From: Acidaminococcus sp. CAG:917
GTDB lineage: Bacteria > Bacillota > Clostridia > Christensenellales > CAG-917
Length of the DNA: 64,000 nt
NCBI GenBank assembly: GCA_000437555.1
Contig: FR901028.1
Span: forward strand, 128,893 to 192,892
Direction of reading: 5' to 3'
Part shown: piece by piece, positions 9,233 through 19,835 of the stretch
How positions within the stretch are numbered: the first letter of the stretch is position 1
Layout: each line of letters begins with the position of its first letter
Position numbers and translations under genes: made by a program
Notes under the pieces: model-generated
The model's input: the letters and a program-made list of their open reading frames with translations, nothing else
What the model was told of the DNA's origin: nothing
Databases searched by the model: none

Positions 9233-9306
9233 TGGAGTATGGTGTAGTGGTAGCACGAAGGCCTCTGACTCCTTCGGTGTAGGTTCGATTCCTACTACTC
9301 CTGCCA
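9233..9306 (+). tRNA. tRNA-Gln (anticodon CUG), 74 nt with encoded CCA
   Basis: Hand-folded cloverleaf. D arm GTGT/GCAC, anticodon loop CT-CTG-AC, T arm GTAGG-TTCGATT-CCTAC, discriminator G plus CCA. Two non-Watson-Crick positions (U1.U72 and C31.U39). Confidence 0.7.
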
Positions 9307-9316
9307 GATAAAAATT

Positions 9317-9346
9317 AAAGCCTTGCTAAGCAAGGCTTTTTATTTT
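9317..9346 (+). terminator. Terminator after tRNA-Gln
   Basis: GCCTTGC-taa-GCAAGGC stem, then TTTTTATTTT. Confidence 0.75.
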
Positions 9347-9510
9347 GTTTATATTTTTTAAATTTTTTCGATTTTAAACGCACACAGTTACAATAATTTA
9401 GCTTTTTAATTCTGTCGATTTCTATCACTACGGTTTGCCGCTGTTTGGGATATTTGACGTTTTCAGTCTATCTTTTACGGTATTGCTTTTACCTTCTTCG
9501 AAATATTGTC

Positions 9511-11286
9511 TTAAATTTTTGCAAACTGACTGTTGTAAAGCGCGGCATAAAAACCGCCCTCGGCAATGAGTGAATCGTGCGTGCCCTGCTCGATAATCGT
9601 TCCGTTTTTCATAACGAGGATTTTATCCGCCGATTTTATCGTGGAAAGGCGGTGTGCGACTATAAAGCTTGTTTTATCTTTGGTTAGTTTTTGGAATGCG
9701 CTCTGTATCTGCATTTCCGTCCTCGTATCGATGGACGACGTTGCCTCGTCCAGAATGAGCATGGGAGGAAGAGCCAGCATAACTCTCGTTATGCAAAGGA
9801 GTTGTTTTTGTCCCTGAGAAAGGCTTAGTCCGTCCTCGCCGATTACCGTGTCATAGCCTTTTGGCATCTGCATAATAAAATTGTGGGAGTGTGCCGCTTT
9901 TGCCGCCTCTATAATCTCCTCGTCGGTGGCGTCGTGTTTTCCCATCGATATGTTTTCCTTTACCGTGCCGTGCTTTAGCCAGGTTTCCTGCAAAACCATT
10001 CCGTATTTTCTTCTGAGACTGTGACGCTTTAAAGTATTTACGTTCACTCCGTCCACCTCAACCGCTCCGCCTTTAACGTCATAAAAACGCATCAGAAGAT
10101 TTATAAGCGTTGTTTTGCCGCAGCCGGTGGGACCGACAATAGCCACCCTCTGTCCTGCCTTAACCGAAACGCTCAGGTTTTCGATGAGAGGCTTTGACTC
10201 CACGTAGGAAAAATCAACGTTTTTCAATTCGACGTTGCCGTCGACGCCGTCGATATCTTCCGTGCCGTCTTCTTCGGATTTTTCCTCAATGAGTTCAAAT
10301 ACTCTCGAAGCGCACGCCAGCGCATTTTGAAATTCCGTCACCACTTCGGATATCTCGTTAAAGGGCTTGGTATATTGATTTGTATATGCCAAAAGTGTGA
10401 CAAGCTGTCCGACCGTCAGCGCGACTATCGCACCGTCCGCCGATATACAGGCAAACGCTCCGACAAGAGCGACTATGGCGTAAATGACCGAATTGACAAA
10501 TCGGGTTGTCGGATTTGTGAGCGACGAGAAAAAGACCGCTCTTAAAGAATGTTTGTAAAGTAAATCGTTTGTCTTTTTGAAATCGTCGAGAGCCTCGTCC
10601 TCGTGAGAAAAGGCTTTGACTACCTTTTCGTTGGAAATCATCTCCTCGACAAACGCCGTTTGGTCCGCCCTCGATTTCGACTGAAGATGAAACATCTTGT
10701 AAGAGTTTTTGGCGATAAATTTTGCTATAAAAAGCGACAGCGGAGTCAAAAGCGCAACCGCAAGACCGATTATCCAGTTTATGGAAATCATCAGAACGAA
10801 AGTGGCGACAATGGTAACCACTCCCGTGAACAGCTGTGTAAAGCCTAAAAGTAATCCGTCGGCGAACTGTTCGACGTCCGTTATGACCTTATTTACCGTT
10901 TCTCCGTGTGCGTGAGAATCGATAAAACCGAGCGGCAGAGTCGTGATTTTTCTGATTGCCCGCGCCCTTATATCCTGCGTGACGGAATACGTTACCTTGT
11001 TGTTTATGACGTTCATACACCACTGCAAGATACTGACGCCTGCCACCGCCGCCGCAACGATGATTATTATCTTCTTGATTAAATCGAAATTTACGTCGCC
11101 CTTGCCCGCTATTCCGTTTATGGCGTCGCCGACGAGCACGGGTATCAAAAGCGTGAGCCCGACGACTCCGAGCGCAAGCAGCGTCGAGAGTGCGACAAGC
11201 CATTTATACTTGCCTACATAAAGCAATACCTTTTTCAAAGTGGAGGCTTTGGCGTTTTTCTTTTTATTTTTTTTATCCTTTCCCAT
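9511..11286 (-). CDS. ABC exporter, fused permease/ATPase subunit (heterodimer partner 2)
   Basis: 591 aa with 6 TM segments plus an NBD. Walker A GPTGCGKTT, signature LSQGQKQ, Walker B ILILDEATS. Confidence 0.9.
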   Translation of the reverse strand: MGKDKKNKKKNAKASTLKKVLLYVGKYKWLVALSTLLALGVVGLTLLIPVLVGDAINGIAGKGDVNFDLIKKIIIIVAAAVAGVSILQWCMNVINNKVTYSVTQDIRARAIRKITTLPLGFIDSHAHGETVNKVITDVEQFADGLLLGFTQLFTGVVTIVATFVLMISINWIIGLAVALLTPLSLFIAKFIAKNSYKMFHLQSKSRADQTAFVEEMISNEKVVKAFSHEDEALDDFKKTNDLLYKHSLRAVFFSSLTNPTTRFVNSVIYAIVALVGAFACISADGAIVALTVGQLVTLLAYTNQYTKPFNEISEVVTEFQNALACASRVFELIEEKSEEDGTEDIDGVDGNVELKNVDFSYVESKPLIENLSVSVKAGQRVAIVGPTGCGKTTLINLLMRFYDVKGGAVEVDGVNVNTLKRHSLRRKYGMVLQETWLKHGTVKENISMGKHDATDEEIIEAAKAAHSHNFIMQMPKGYDTVIGEDGLSLSQGQKQLLCITRVMLALPPMLILDEATSSIDTRTEMQIQSAFQKLTKDKTSFIVAHRLSTIKSADKILVMKNGTIIEQGTHDSLIAEGGFYAALYNSQFAKI

Positions 11287-12981
11287 TTAAGCCCCCGTTT
11301 GCGAGTTATAAATCTGTCTGTAAACCTCGCACGTTTCTAAAAGTTTTTCGTGTTTTCCTATTCCCACCACTTTACCCGCGTCAAGCACTATGATTTTGTC
11401 GGCATACATTATCGACGACGTCCTTTGAGATACAATAAAGGTGGTAAGCCCCTTTAACTCTTTTAGTGCGCTCCTCAGTTTATAATCCGTTCTGTAATCG
11501 AGAGCGGAAGCGGAATCGTCGAGTATTAAAATTTTAGGATTTAAAACAAGCGCTCTGGCTATGGTAAGACGCTGTTTTTGACCGCCCGAGAGATTTTGTC
11601 CGTTTTGCTCTACCATAAAATCGAGACCGCCCTTGAGTTTTACAATCTCGTCCGCCTGAGCTACCTTGAGCGCTTTTTCTATTTCCTCGTCGCTCGCCTT
11701 TTTTCCGAAACACATATTGTCCCTTATAGTGCCTTTAAAGAGAACCGCTTTTTGAGGGACGACTCCGATACTTAGACGGAGCTGTTCAAAATCTATATCG
11801 TTTACGTTTTCGCCGCCAATTAACACCTCGCCTTTTGTAGCCTCGTAAAATCTGGGAAGCAGATTGACAAGGCTTGTCTTGCCGGAGCCCGTTCCGCCTA
11901 TGACGCCTATCGTCTCACCGCTCTTTGCCTTGAAGTTTACGCCCGTGACGGCATAATCGCCGCCGTTTGAATAACGCAGCGATACATCTTTAAACTCTAT
12001 ATCGAAATTTTCGGGGAAGTCTTTTTCGCCCTTTCTTTCGTCGGGAACAACGTCGAATACCGCCTGTATTCTGTGTGCCGACGCCACCGCCTTATTAAGA
12101 CTGACAATTAAGTTTGCGCATTTGATAAGCTCGATTAAAATTTGCGACATATAATTGTATAGCGCAACCACTTCACCCTGCGAGAGAACGCCGTCGTAAA
12201 CCTTTATTCCGCCCACGTATATGATGCATATTATCGCCACGTTGATGACGGCGAACGTGAGCGGATTTAAAAGTGCGGAAATTCTGCCCACCCTCTTTTG
12301 CATATTCGTCAATTTTTCGTTTTTGACGTCGAATGACTCTATCTCTTTTTCCTCAAGGCAAAACGCTCTGAGCACTCTTGCGCCCGTCAGATTTTCCCGT
12401 GTGGAAAGCAAAACGTCGTCAACGTTTTTTTGCACCTTTTTATACATGGGAACGGAAAAGAACATTATCAAAAATATGACAAGCGACAATACGGGAACGG
12501 CGGCAAGGAAAATGTATCCCGATTGAACGTCAATCAAAAACGCCGCTATCATTGCGCCGAACACCACGAACGGCGAACGGAGCAAAAGCCTTAGCGTCAG
12601 GTTGATACCCGTTTGCACCTGATTGGAATCGCTCGTCATTCTCGTTATAAGCGTTGCCGTGCCTATTGTGTCAAGCTGAGAATAGGAAAACTTGCCTATA
12701 TGTTTGAACATTTCATAGCGCATACCCTTTGAAAATCCCACAGCCGCTTTAGCCGCGAAATATTGACCTGAAAGCGAGAATACAAGCCCCAATATACCGA
12801 AACCTACTATGATGAGACAGGCGTAAACGACGTACATTCTGTCGCCCGACGGAATACCGACGTCGATAATTTTTGCCACGACCAAAGGAACGATAAGCTC
12901 CATTATCGCCTCAAGCATTTTAAGTATCGGGCTTGCCGCCGCCTGCGCCCTATAGCCTTTAATAAATGAAGAAAGTTTCAC
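11287..12981 (-). CDS. ABC exporter, fused permease/ATPase subunit (heterodimer partner 1)
   Basis: 564 aa with a GTG start. Walker A GGTGSGKTS, signature LSGGQKQR, Walker B ILILDDSAS. Its stop abuts the start of the downstream subunit. Confidence 0.9.
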   Translation of the reverse strand: MKLSSFIKGYRAQAAASPILKMLEAIMELIVPLVVAKIIDVGIPSGDRMYVVYACLIIVGFGILGLVFSLSGQYFAAKAAVGFSKGMRYEMFKHIGKFSYSQLDTIGTATLITRMTSDSNQVQTGINLTLRLLLRSPFVVFGAMIAAFLIDVQSGYIFLAAVPVLSLVIFLIMFFSVPMYKKVQKNVDDVLLSTRENLTGARVLRAFCLEEKEIESFDVKNEKLTNMQKRVGRISALLNPLTFAVINVAIICIIYVGGIKVYDGVLSQGEVVALYNYMSQILIELIKCANLIVSLNKAVASAHRIQAVFDVVPDERKGEKDFPENFDIEFKDVSLRYSNGGDYAVTGVNFKAKSGETIGVIGGTGSGKTSLVNLLPRFYEATKGEVLIGGENVNDIDFEQLRLSIGVVPQKAVLFKGTIRDNMCFGKKASDEEIEKALKVAQADEIVKLKGGLDFMVEQNGQNLSGGQKQRLTIARALVLNPKILILDDSASALDYRTDYKLRSALKELKGLTTFIVSQRTSSIMYADKIIVLDAGKVVGIGKHEKLLETCEVYRQIYNSQTGA

Positions 12982-13349
12982 GTTGCACCGAGTTTGTTTG
13001 ATTTTTTATATCATAACCTTAATTTGTAAAAAAGTAAATTTAAAACGGACATTTTTAAAAAGCGTTTTTGTCTCGTTTTTTAAATATAATATATCCGTCA
13101 AAAGAATTATTCCCATTTGTAAAAAAAGTTAGCGTGTTTATAGCGATTTTAAACTTTGATGCACGGAATATATTGCTTAATACCAAAAAGTGCTTTGTTT
13201 TTCGGCAAATTCATTCGTATTTTTTATATAAGGAGTTTTAACAGGCATTTGACGCTCCTTTTATTTAATTTTCCCTTTAATTTATAAAACTTTTTTGAAA
13301 TTTTGTGATATAATCTTTTGCGGAATAAAATTGATTTCGGGAGATAAAA

Positions 13350-14078
13350 ATGAATACATCCAATATGCTTGAAACTTTCGCCCGTCTCTGCGACGAGGGA
13401 ATGAACGCAAAAAACACAGTTAAAGTTTTTAAAATGATAGGCATTGACGGCTATGACGAAAAGGCGATTGAATCTTTTGTCCTGTGGTCGGACTGCCTGC
13501 CCGTCTCGGACGATATGCCCTATACCCCCGAGCAGAGAAATTTGCATATCCTTTGGGAGAGCATAGACAGAGTTCCGCTTGGCATAAACGTGGCGTTTGC
13601 CATACCTTTCAGACAGATTATCGCAAAACACCTTTTCAAAAAATGCGGCGACGGATTTATCGCAAACGAGGGCTGCCGTTTCAACTACGGACACAATATC
13701 GAAGTGGGCAAAAACGTGGCGTGGAATCATTGCTGCTATTTCGATTCTAAAGGTTCGATTAAGTTTGAGGACTACTCTATGATAACGGAATATACCAAAA
13801 TATTTACCCATTCTCATTCGGAATCCGACCACATCGTCCGCTCGTATGCTCCCGTCGTTATCGGAGAGCACGCCAAGGTTTATACAAACTGCACCGTTTT
13901 GCCCGGCGTCACTATCGGAAAAGGCGCAATAGTTGCCACCGGAAGCGTGGTGACAAAGAGCGTCGACGACTTCACGCTGGTGGCGGGAATTCCCGCAAAA
14001 CCCGTCAGACAGAGAAAAACGGACGGCAACGAGTTTTTTAACCACTACACGCTCAAAAACAATATGTTTCAAGTTTAG
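13350..14078 (+). CDS. Hexapeptide-repeat (left-handed beta-helix) acyl/acetyltransferase
   Basis: The C-terminal half has hexapeptide repeats (IGEHAKVYTNCTVLPGVTIGKGAIVATGSVVTKSV..VAGIPAKPV). RBS GGGAGA. Confidence 0.75.
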   Translation: MNTSNMLETFARLCDEGMNAKNTVKVFKMIGIDGYDEKAIESFVLWSDCLPVSDDMPYTPEQRNLHILWESIDRVPLGINVAFAIPFRQIIAKHLFKKCGDGFIANEGCRFNYGHNIEVGKNVAWNHCCYFDSKGSIKFEDYSMITEYTKIFTHSHSESDHIVRSYAPVVIGEHAKVYTNCTVLPGVTIGKGAIVATGSVVTKSVDDFTLVAGIPAKPVRQRKTDGNEFFNHYTLKNNMFQV

Positions 14079-14080
14079 GT

Positions 14081-14572
14081 ATGTTGCTTCACTCTCTCAG
14101 ATTTGAAAAACTTTCGCCGCACCACCGTGCCGAGGTCATAGACATATACAATTACTACGTTTTGAACGATACTTCGGCGTTTAACGCTTCGGTGCTGTCG
14201 GACGGCGATTACGACTTGTTTATGCAAAGAAGCAAGACGGCGTATGCCATACTCTTAAACGACAAGACCATAGGCTTTTGCACGTTGGGAAACTTTTTGG
14301 GATTTTCCGCATTCGACAAAACTGCCACGCTTTCGCTGTATATCGACCCCGTTTATACCGCAAAGGGTTACGGCTCGATAGCTTTGGACAAACTTGAATG
14401 CGACGCAAGACGGCTTGGGATAACGTCACTTGTTTCCATAGTGTCATCCGAAAACGATGCGAGCATAAACTTTCATTTAAAAAACGGCTTTGACGAAAGA
14501 GGCTATCTTGACGGCGTGGGCGAAAAATTCGGACAGATTTTCGGACTTGTTTATATGCAAAAAATGCTTTAG
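14081..14572 (+). CDS. GNAT-family N-acetyltransferase (phosphinothricin-acetyltransferase-like)
   Basis: 163 aa. N-terminus (RFEKLSPHHRAEVIDIYNYYVLNDTSAFN) and GYGSIALDKLE core resemble the PAT/GNAT fold. Confidence 0.8.
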   Translation: MLLHSLRFEKLSPHHRAEVIDIYNYYVLNDTSAFNASVLSDGDYDLFMQRSKTAYAILLNDKTIGFCTLGNFLGFSAFDKTATLSLYIDPVYTAKGYGSIALDKLECDARRLGITSLVSIVSSENDASINFHLKNGFDERGYLDGVGEKFGQIFGLVYMQKML

Positions 14573-14837
14573 GTCAAAATCAAATTCCGCTAAAAATATT
14601 TAAATTATTAAAAGAGCAAAAATTATTCTCAATTATCCTTTTGTATATCTATAAACCTCATATTCGAAACGGAAAAGACAATTTAACCGCATAAAAAAAT
14701 GAAGCGACAGCTTCATTTTTTTCTATGATTTTATTGTTGCCCAAAACTTATCTCCGATATGTCATCGATACTGTTTCAAATCAAAGCTTAATTATGACGT
14801 CAATATCGCTTGGCAGATTAAGTATATAAACCCGACT

Positions 14838-16223
14838 TTATGCTTTTTCTACGACAGCGCCGTCTTTTGTATCCTTTACCGTATAGCCGAGTTTTAATAT
14901 TTCGTCTCTTATTCTGTCCGCTTCCGCCCAATTTTTTTCCGCTTTGGCTTGTTTTCTTTTTTCCACAAGCTCTGACACTTCGGCGGGAATTTCTTCTTTT
15001 GGCTCTTTTTCCAAAAATGCCGACGGTTCGTCTTTAAACAGACCCAAAAGAGAATAAGTGTTTTTTATCTGATTTAAAATCGCCGCCGCTTCGTCGATAT
15101 TTCCGTTTAATGCCGCTTTGGCATTTTTGAAATACTTAAACAGATTAGAAAGCGCCTTTGCCGTGTTGAAGTCGTCGTCCATTGCCTCGTTGAATTCGTC
15201 GTCGATTGCCTTGTATTCGCCTGTCGGCTTCACGCCCTTGTCGGCAAGCATTTTATAGACTCCGTAAAAATCCGAAACGTGTTTTTGCGCTTCGGAAAAA
15301 AGCTCGTCGGTAAGATTTATATCATTGCGGTAATTAGTTTCCAAAAGCGCGAACTTGATGACCTCACGGTGATATTTTGCGATTAAATCCGCTCCCAGAA
15401 GCGAATTTCCCAGCGACTTTGACATCTTCTGTCCGTTGACTTTGATGAGTCCGTTGTGAATCCAATATTTTGCAAACTGCTTGCCGGTCAATGCTTCCGT
15501 CTGAGCGATTTCGTTTTCGTGGTGAGGAAAAATCAAATCCCTTCCGCCACCGTGAATATCTATCTGCTCGCCGAACGCCGCCATATTCATAGCGGAACAC
15601 TCGATATGCCAACCCGGTCTTCCGTCGCCCCACGGGCTCTTCCAAAAAATTTCGCCCTCTTTCGCGCTCTTCCACAGAGCAAAGTCGAGAGCGTTTTTCT
15701 TTTGCTCGTCGTTTTCCACTCTTACGCCGTTTAAAGCGTCTTCGAGATTGCGGTGCGACAGTTTGCCGTAGCCGCTAAAGGAATCGACTGCAAAATACAC
15801 GTCGCCTTTACTTGTGGCGTAAGCGTGATTTTTTTCGATGAGTTTTTTGATAAACTCGATAATATTGTCTATGTTGCAAGTTGCTTTAAGCCAGACGTCG
15901 GGTTCGTCGATTTGATACTCTTTCATTAAAGCGTCGATTTTTTCTATCATTTCGGCGGCGTAGGCGTCCGCTTTTACGTGAAGTTCGTTTGCCTTGTTTA
16001 TGATTTTATCGTCGACGTCGGTATAGTTTCTGGCGTATGTAACGTCATATCCGCTCTTTACGAGATACTTTCTTATGATGTCGTAAATTAAAGCCTGATA
16101 AATATGCCCGACGTGAGCGTCACCCGAAACGGTGATACCGCAGGCATACATCTTGACCTTGTTGCCGTCCATCGGCTTGAATTCCTCTTTCCTGCCCGAA
16201 AGAGTGTTATAAATTTTAAGCAT
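14838..16223 (-). CDS. cysS: Cysteine--tRNA ligase
   Basis: HIGH-type GDAHVGH motif, KMSKS, and WHIECS zinc site. Start set at MLKIYNTLSG (ATG 16223, RBS AGAGGAAAA); the 36-aa track extension is rejected. Confidence 0.95.
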   Translation of the reverse strand: MLKIYNTLSGRKEEFKPMDGNKVKMYACGITVSGDAHVGHIYQALIYDIIRKYLVKSGYDVTYARNYTDVDDKIINKANELHVKADAYAAEMIEKIDALMKEYQIDEPDVWLKATCNIDNIIEFIKKLIEKNHAYATSKGDVYFAVDSFSGYGKLSHRNLEDALNGVRVENDEQKKNALDFALWKSAKEGEIFWKSPWGDGRPGWHIECSAMNMAAFGEQIDIHGGGRDLIFPHHENEIAQTEALTGKQFAKYWIHNGLIKVNGQKMSKSLGNSLLGADLIAKYHREVIKFALLETNYRNDINLTDELFSEAQKHVSDFYGVYKMLADKGVKPTGEYKAIDDEFNEAMDDDFNTAKALSNLFKYFKNAKAALNGNIDEAAAILNQIKNTYSLLGLFKDEPSAFLEKEPKEEIPAEVSELVEKRKQAKAEKNWAEADRIRDEILKLGYTVKDTKDGAVVEKA

Positions 16224-16224
16224 T

Positions 16225-16947
16225 TTATTTTTCCTCTTTGCCGATGGGCTTTTCCGCTTCGGCGAAAAATTCTTTTGAGTCAGACTGAACGGATACCGTT
16301 TTAATTCCGCACTTTTTCTCAAGCTCGACAATCCTTGAGTTTAAACGTCTGAATTCTTCCAAAATGGGGTCAGGCAGTAAAATCTGGTTCATATCCGACA
16401 CCCTCTCACCGTCCTGCTTGACTATTCTGCCCGGGACGCCGACGACGGTGCAATAAGGGGGCACCGATTTAAGCACCACGCTGCCCGAGCCTATCTTGCT
16501 GCCTTTGCCTATCGTGAGCGGCCCTAAAACTTTTGCGCCGCAGGATATCATCACGTCGTCCTCGATGGTGGGATGACGCTTTCCGACGTCTTTTCCCGTT
16601 CCGCCCAGGGTCACGCCCTGATATATGACAACGTTGTTTCCTATCTCGCAGGTTTCGCCAATCACCACTCCGCTGCCGTGGTCGATAAACACGCCGTATC
16701 CTATCTTGGCGGCAGGGTGAATTTCTATGCCTGTTTTATGCCTTGCCTTAGCCGATATGTAACGCGCCATACATTTCATGCCCCTTTCGTAATACCAATG
16801 GGCATAACGGTAAGCCTTTATCGCTTTATATCCGCTGTAATAATGTTTGACGCAGTATATGCTTGTAGCGGCAGGGTCTTTCTCCATTGCCGCTTTAAGG
16901 TCAAGCTTTAACATCTCTTTTATTGACATTTTATTCTTTTGGCTCAT
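16225..16947 (-). CDS. cysE: Serine O-acetyltransferase
   Basis: Hexapeptide core [44 protein letters not shown] and a SATase N-terminal helix region. Start ATG 16947 (RBS-like ACGGGGA) overlaps the ftsH stop; ATG 16929 is the alternative. Confidence 0.88.
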   Translation of the reverse strand: MSQKNKMSIKEMLKLDLKAAMEKDPAATSIYCVKHYYSGYKAIKAYRYAHWYYERGMKCMARYISAKARHKTGIEIHPAAKIGYGVFIDHGSGVVIGETCEIGNNVVIYQGVTLGGTGKDVGKRHPTIEDDVMISCGAKVLGPLTIGKGSKIGSGSVVLKSVPPYCTVVGVPGRIVKQDGERVSDMNQILLPDPILEEFRRLNSRIVELEKKCGIKTVSVQSDSKEFFAEAEKPIGKEEK

Positions 16948-18907
16948 TGTCCCCGTCTGCCTTCTTTTCCGCCTTATTTTGTTTGGGCTTTTCCTCTTTG
17001 TTTTCGCCCTCGGCGATATCCGACTTGCCCTCTTCCGACTTACCGCCGTCCGTCTTGCCGATATCCGTCTTATCCTCTTCCGACTTGCCTTCGCCGAAAA
17101 GCTCGTCCACTTCGTTTGCGAAAATGGTTTCCTTTTCAAAGAGAATTTTTACCATTTTGTCGAGAATATCTCTGTTCTCTTTCAAAATGTTTATCGCCCT
17201 TTCGTGTGCCTCGTCAAGTATGGCCTTGATTTCCGCATCGATTTTTGCGGCAACGGCGTCGGAATAGTTCACCTGAGTCTGAAAGTCTCTGCCGATAAAC
17301 ACTTCCTGAGAAGAGCCGAGGTGCATAGTGCCGATATTTTTGGACATACCCCACTCCGTAACCATTTTACGCGCGATAGAGGTTGCCCTTTGAATATCGT
17401 TTGAAGCTCCCGTCGTAACGTCTTTTATGACGAGCTCTTCCGCCGCTCTTCCGCCGAGCATCATGGCGATTGTGTCGCACAGTTTATTATACGTCATATG
17501 CATATCGTCTGTTTCCGGCAAAGTAATTGTATAACCCGCCGCCATACCTCTGGGTATGATGGAAACTTCGTGCACGTCGTCGCAGTATTTAAGCCTTTTG
17601 GCGCAGATTGCGTGTCCCGATTCGTGATAGGCTGTGATACGCTTGTCAAACTGAGTGACCACTCTGCTCTTTTTGGCAGGACCTGCTATAACCTTGTTGA
17701 TTGCCTCGTTGATATCTGCCATCTCGATGACTTTTCTGTCCGCGCGGGCAGCAAGTATTGCAGCCTCGTTCAAGAGGTTTTCGATATCGGCACCCGTAAA
17801 GCCTACGGTAAGGCGGGCGATAGCTTTGAAGTCGATTTCGGGAGAGAGAGGCTTGTTGCGCGAATGGACTTTGAAGATTTCCTCTCTTCCCTTGACGTCG
17901 GGAGTGTTGACGAAAATCTGTCTGTCAAATCTGCCCGGTCTCATGAGAGCGGGGTCGAGTATATCGGCACGGTTGGTTGCCGCCATAACAATTATCGAAT
18001 CGTTCGACTCGAAGCCGTCCATCTGAACGAGAAGCTGGTTTAGCGTTTGCTCTCTTTCGTCGTTTCCGCCGCCGAGACCTGCGCCCCTTTGACGGCCGAC
18101 TGCGTCGATTTCGTCAATGAATATTATGCACGGCATATTCTTTTTGGCTTGGTCGAAAAGGTCTCTTACTCTCGACGCTCCGACGCCCACGAACATCTCG
18201 ACAAAGTCTGAACCGCTGAGCGAGAAGAACGGCACGTTGGCTTCTCCTGCAACCGCCTTGGCAAACAAGGTTTTACCCGTTCCCGGAGGTCCGACAAGCA
18301 AAACGCCTTTGGGAACTCTTGCGCCTATTTCTCTGAACTTTTTGCTGTCTTTCAAAAAGTCGACGATTTCTTTTAATTCCTCTTTCTCTTCTTCTGCACC
18401 CGCTACGTCGGTAAAGCGAACTTTGACGTTTTGCGCCATGTTGGCTTTTGTCTTTCCGAAGCTGAACGCTTTGTTTCCCGCTCCGCCCGATTGCTTAAAC
18501 AGCATAACGAAAAACACGACGAGCAACACAAGCGCTATCGCCGGAACGATGAGCGAAAAAATCGTGCTTGATGTAGACGGATTGTCATATACGATGACGG
18601 CTTTTACGGCAGGCGCGTTTTCCGATTCGTAAACGGATTTATACACCTCGTAAAACTGACTTCTTGAATCTATATAGCAATATGCGTTCTTTTTGTTTGA
18701 GTCCACATATTCGATATCGACTCTGTAATTTCCCGTGAGCGTCAACGTTTTTACCTCGCCCGCTTTCATACTTGCAATCAAGCTGTTTTCCTTGCCGTCG
18801 AAACTTATCTCGTTTCTGTTGGTCAAGGTAACGGACAAAATGATTGCAACGACAATCAAAACCGCCGCAATCGTTATTATCAACGCCCTTCTTCCTGTTG
18901 CGTTCAT
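16931..18907 (-). CDS. ftsH: ATP-dependent zinc metalloprotease FtsH
   Basis: Two TM segments. Walker A GPPGTGKT, Walker [12 protein letters not shown] region, and HEAGH-type HESGHA zinc site. K/E/G-rich C-terminal tail. Confidence 0.95.
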   Translation of the reverse strand: MNATGRRALIITIAAVLIVVAIILSVTLTNRNEISFDGKENSLIASMKAGEVKTLTLTGNYRVDIEYVDSNKKNAYCYIDSRSQFYEVYKSVYESENAPAVKAVIVYDNPSTSSTIFSLIVPAIALVLLVVFFVMLFKQSGGAGNKAFSFGKTKANMAQNVKVRFTDVAGAEEEKEELKEIVDFLKDSKKFREIGARVPKGVLLVGPPGTGKTLFAKAVAGEANVPFFSLSGSDFVEMFVGVGASRVRDLFDQAKKNMPCIIFIDEIDAVGRQRGAGLGGGNDEREQTLNQLLVQMDGFESNDSIIVMAATNRADILDPALMRPGRFDRQIFVNTPDVKGREEIFKVHSRNKPLSPEIDFKAIARLTVGFTGADIENLLNEAAILAARADRKVIEMADINEAINKVIAGPAKKSRVVTQFDKRITAYHESGHAICAKRLKYCDDVHEVSIIPRGMAAGYTITLPETDDMHMTYNKLCDTIAMMLGGRAAEELVIKDVTTGASNDIQRATSIARKMVTEWGMSKNIGTMHLGSSQEVFIGRDFQTQVNYSDAVAAKIDAEIKAILDEAHERAINILKENRDILDKMVKILFEKETIFANEVDELFGEGKSEEDKTDIGKTDGGKSEEGKSDIAEGENKEEKPKQNKAEKKADGDNEPKE

Positions 18908-18990
18908 TATTCCTCCTTAGCCTTTAGGGGGCAAAGTTATAAACTTTAAATCAAATAGGTATTATATCAATATTCACACGATTCGTCAAC

Positions 18991-19461
18991 TTATTCGCAT
19001 TCTTTGACAAAAGCGCACTTTTGGGCAAAAATAAAAGACGTATATATCGCTTTGGCGATCCTTTCGGACATATCGCAAACAAGACTGAAATCTGCGCTCA
19101 AAAGATTGGTGAGCGTGTCGCCGTCACGGGGCGCTACTATACCGAGAATGCCTATATCGCCATAGGCGTTTGCCGTTTTGTCGAGCGCGGCTTTCGGACG
19201 AACGCCCTCTTTTACTACGATTTTGCCCACGTCCTCTTTTTTGCCGACGCATGCGTCCACGGCAATTACCACGCTACCCTGATGGACGGAATGTATCATA
19301 TCCAGCGTAGAATCTATCTTTTTTGCGTTTATATCGTCGTTTAAATCTCCGTAAACAAACGTTTTTATATTATATTTTTCCTTAAGGGCGGTTCCCACCA
19401 TGGGAGCTAAAGAATCGCCCGTCACTTCTCCCGTGCCAAAGCAAACTATAACTATTTCCAT
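18991..19461 (-). CDS. yyaC: Putative sporulation protein YyaC (GPR-like protease fold)
   Basis: FGTGEVTGDSLAPMVG matches the YyaC IGTDRSTGDxLGPLVG motif. Start moved to ATG 19461 (MEIVIV..., perfect RBS GGAGGA 5 nt upstream) instead of the track's TTG at 19503. Confidence 0.7.
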   Translation of the reverse strand: MEIVIVCFGTGEVTGDSLAPMVGTALKEKYNIKTFVYGDLNDDINAKKIDSTLDMIHSVHQGSVVIAVDACVGKKEDVGKIVVKEGVRPKAALDKTANAYGDIGILGIVAPRDGDTLTNLLSADFSLVCDMSERIAKAIYTSFIFAQKCAFVKECE

Positions 19462-19835
19462 ATTTTCCTCCGCATACATTATTGCCAAAGGAAATTTTTT
19501 CAATCACTGCTACGGGTGTTTCCGGAAATTTTTAATTTTTTTCGGGCTGTCTTTTCGCTGTTTAAAAAGATATAAATTTCAAGTAAAAATCGCAATCTCA
19601 AGACGAAACGAGGTTTTGCTTTTTAAATTGATTTCTGCCTTAGCGATTTAAGTTTTTGAGTTTAATGCAATAAATTATATTTTAAATACTTAAAAACAGC
19701 TTAAATAGGGCTTTTTTTGTTATTTTTGCCAAAATATTTACAATATCTGTAAATGATTTTGCTCTGCGCCTATTGATTTTAAAACAATTATGTTATATTA
19801 TATAAACGTATATTATTGTCTAACTAAGGAGAAAA

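Noticed and set aside
13224-14072. 282-aa minus-strand ORF opposite the hexapeptide acyltransferase
   Set aside because: The plus-strand frame has clear hexapeptide repeats and an RBS. The minus frame has no recognisable features.
16224-16331. 36-aa N-terminal extension of cysS in the ORF track; likewise the 64-aa extension of cysE (16948-17139)
   Set aside because: The extensions are R/K/S-rich, overlap the upstream genes, and precede internal ATGs that have good RBSs and canonical N-termini (MLKIYNTLSG; [14 protein letters not shown]).
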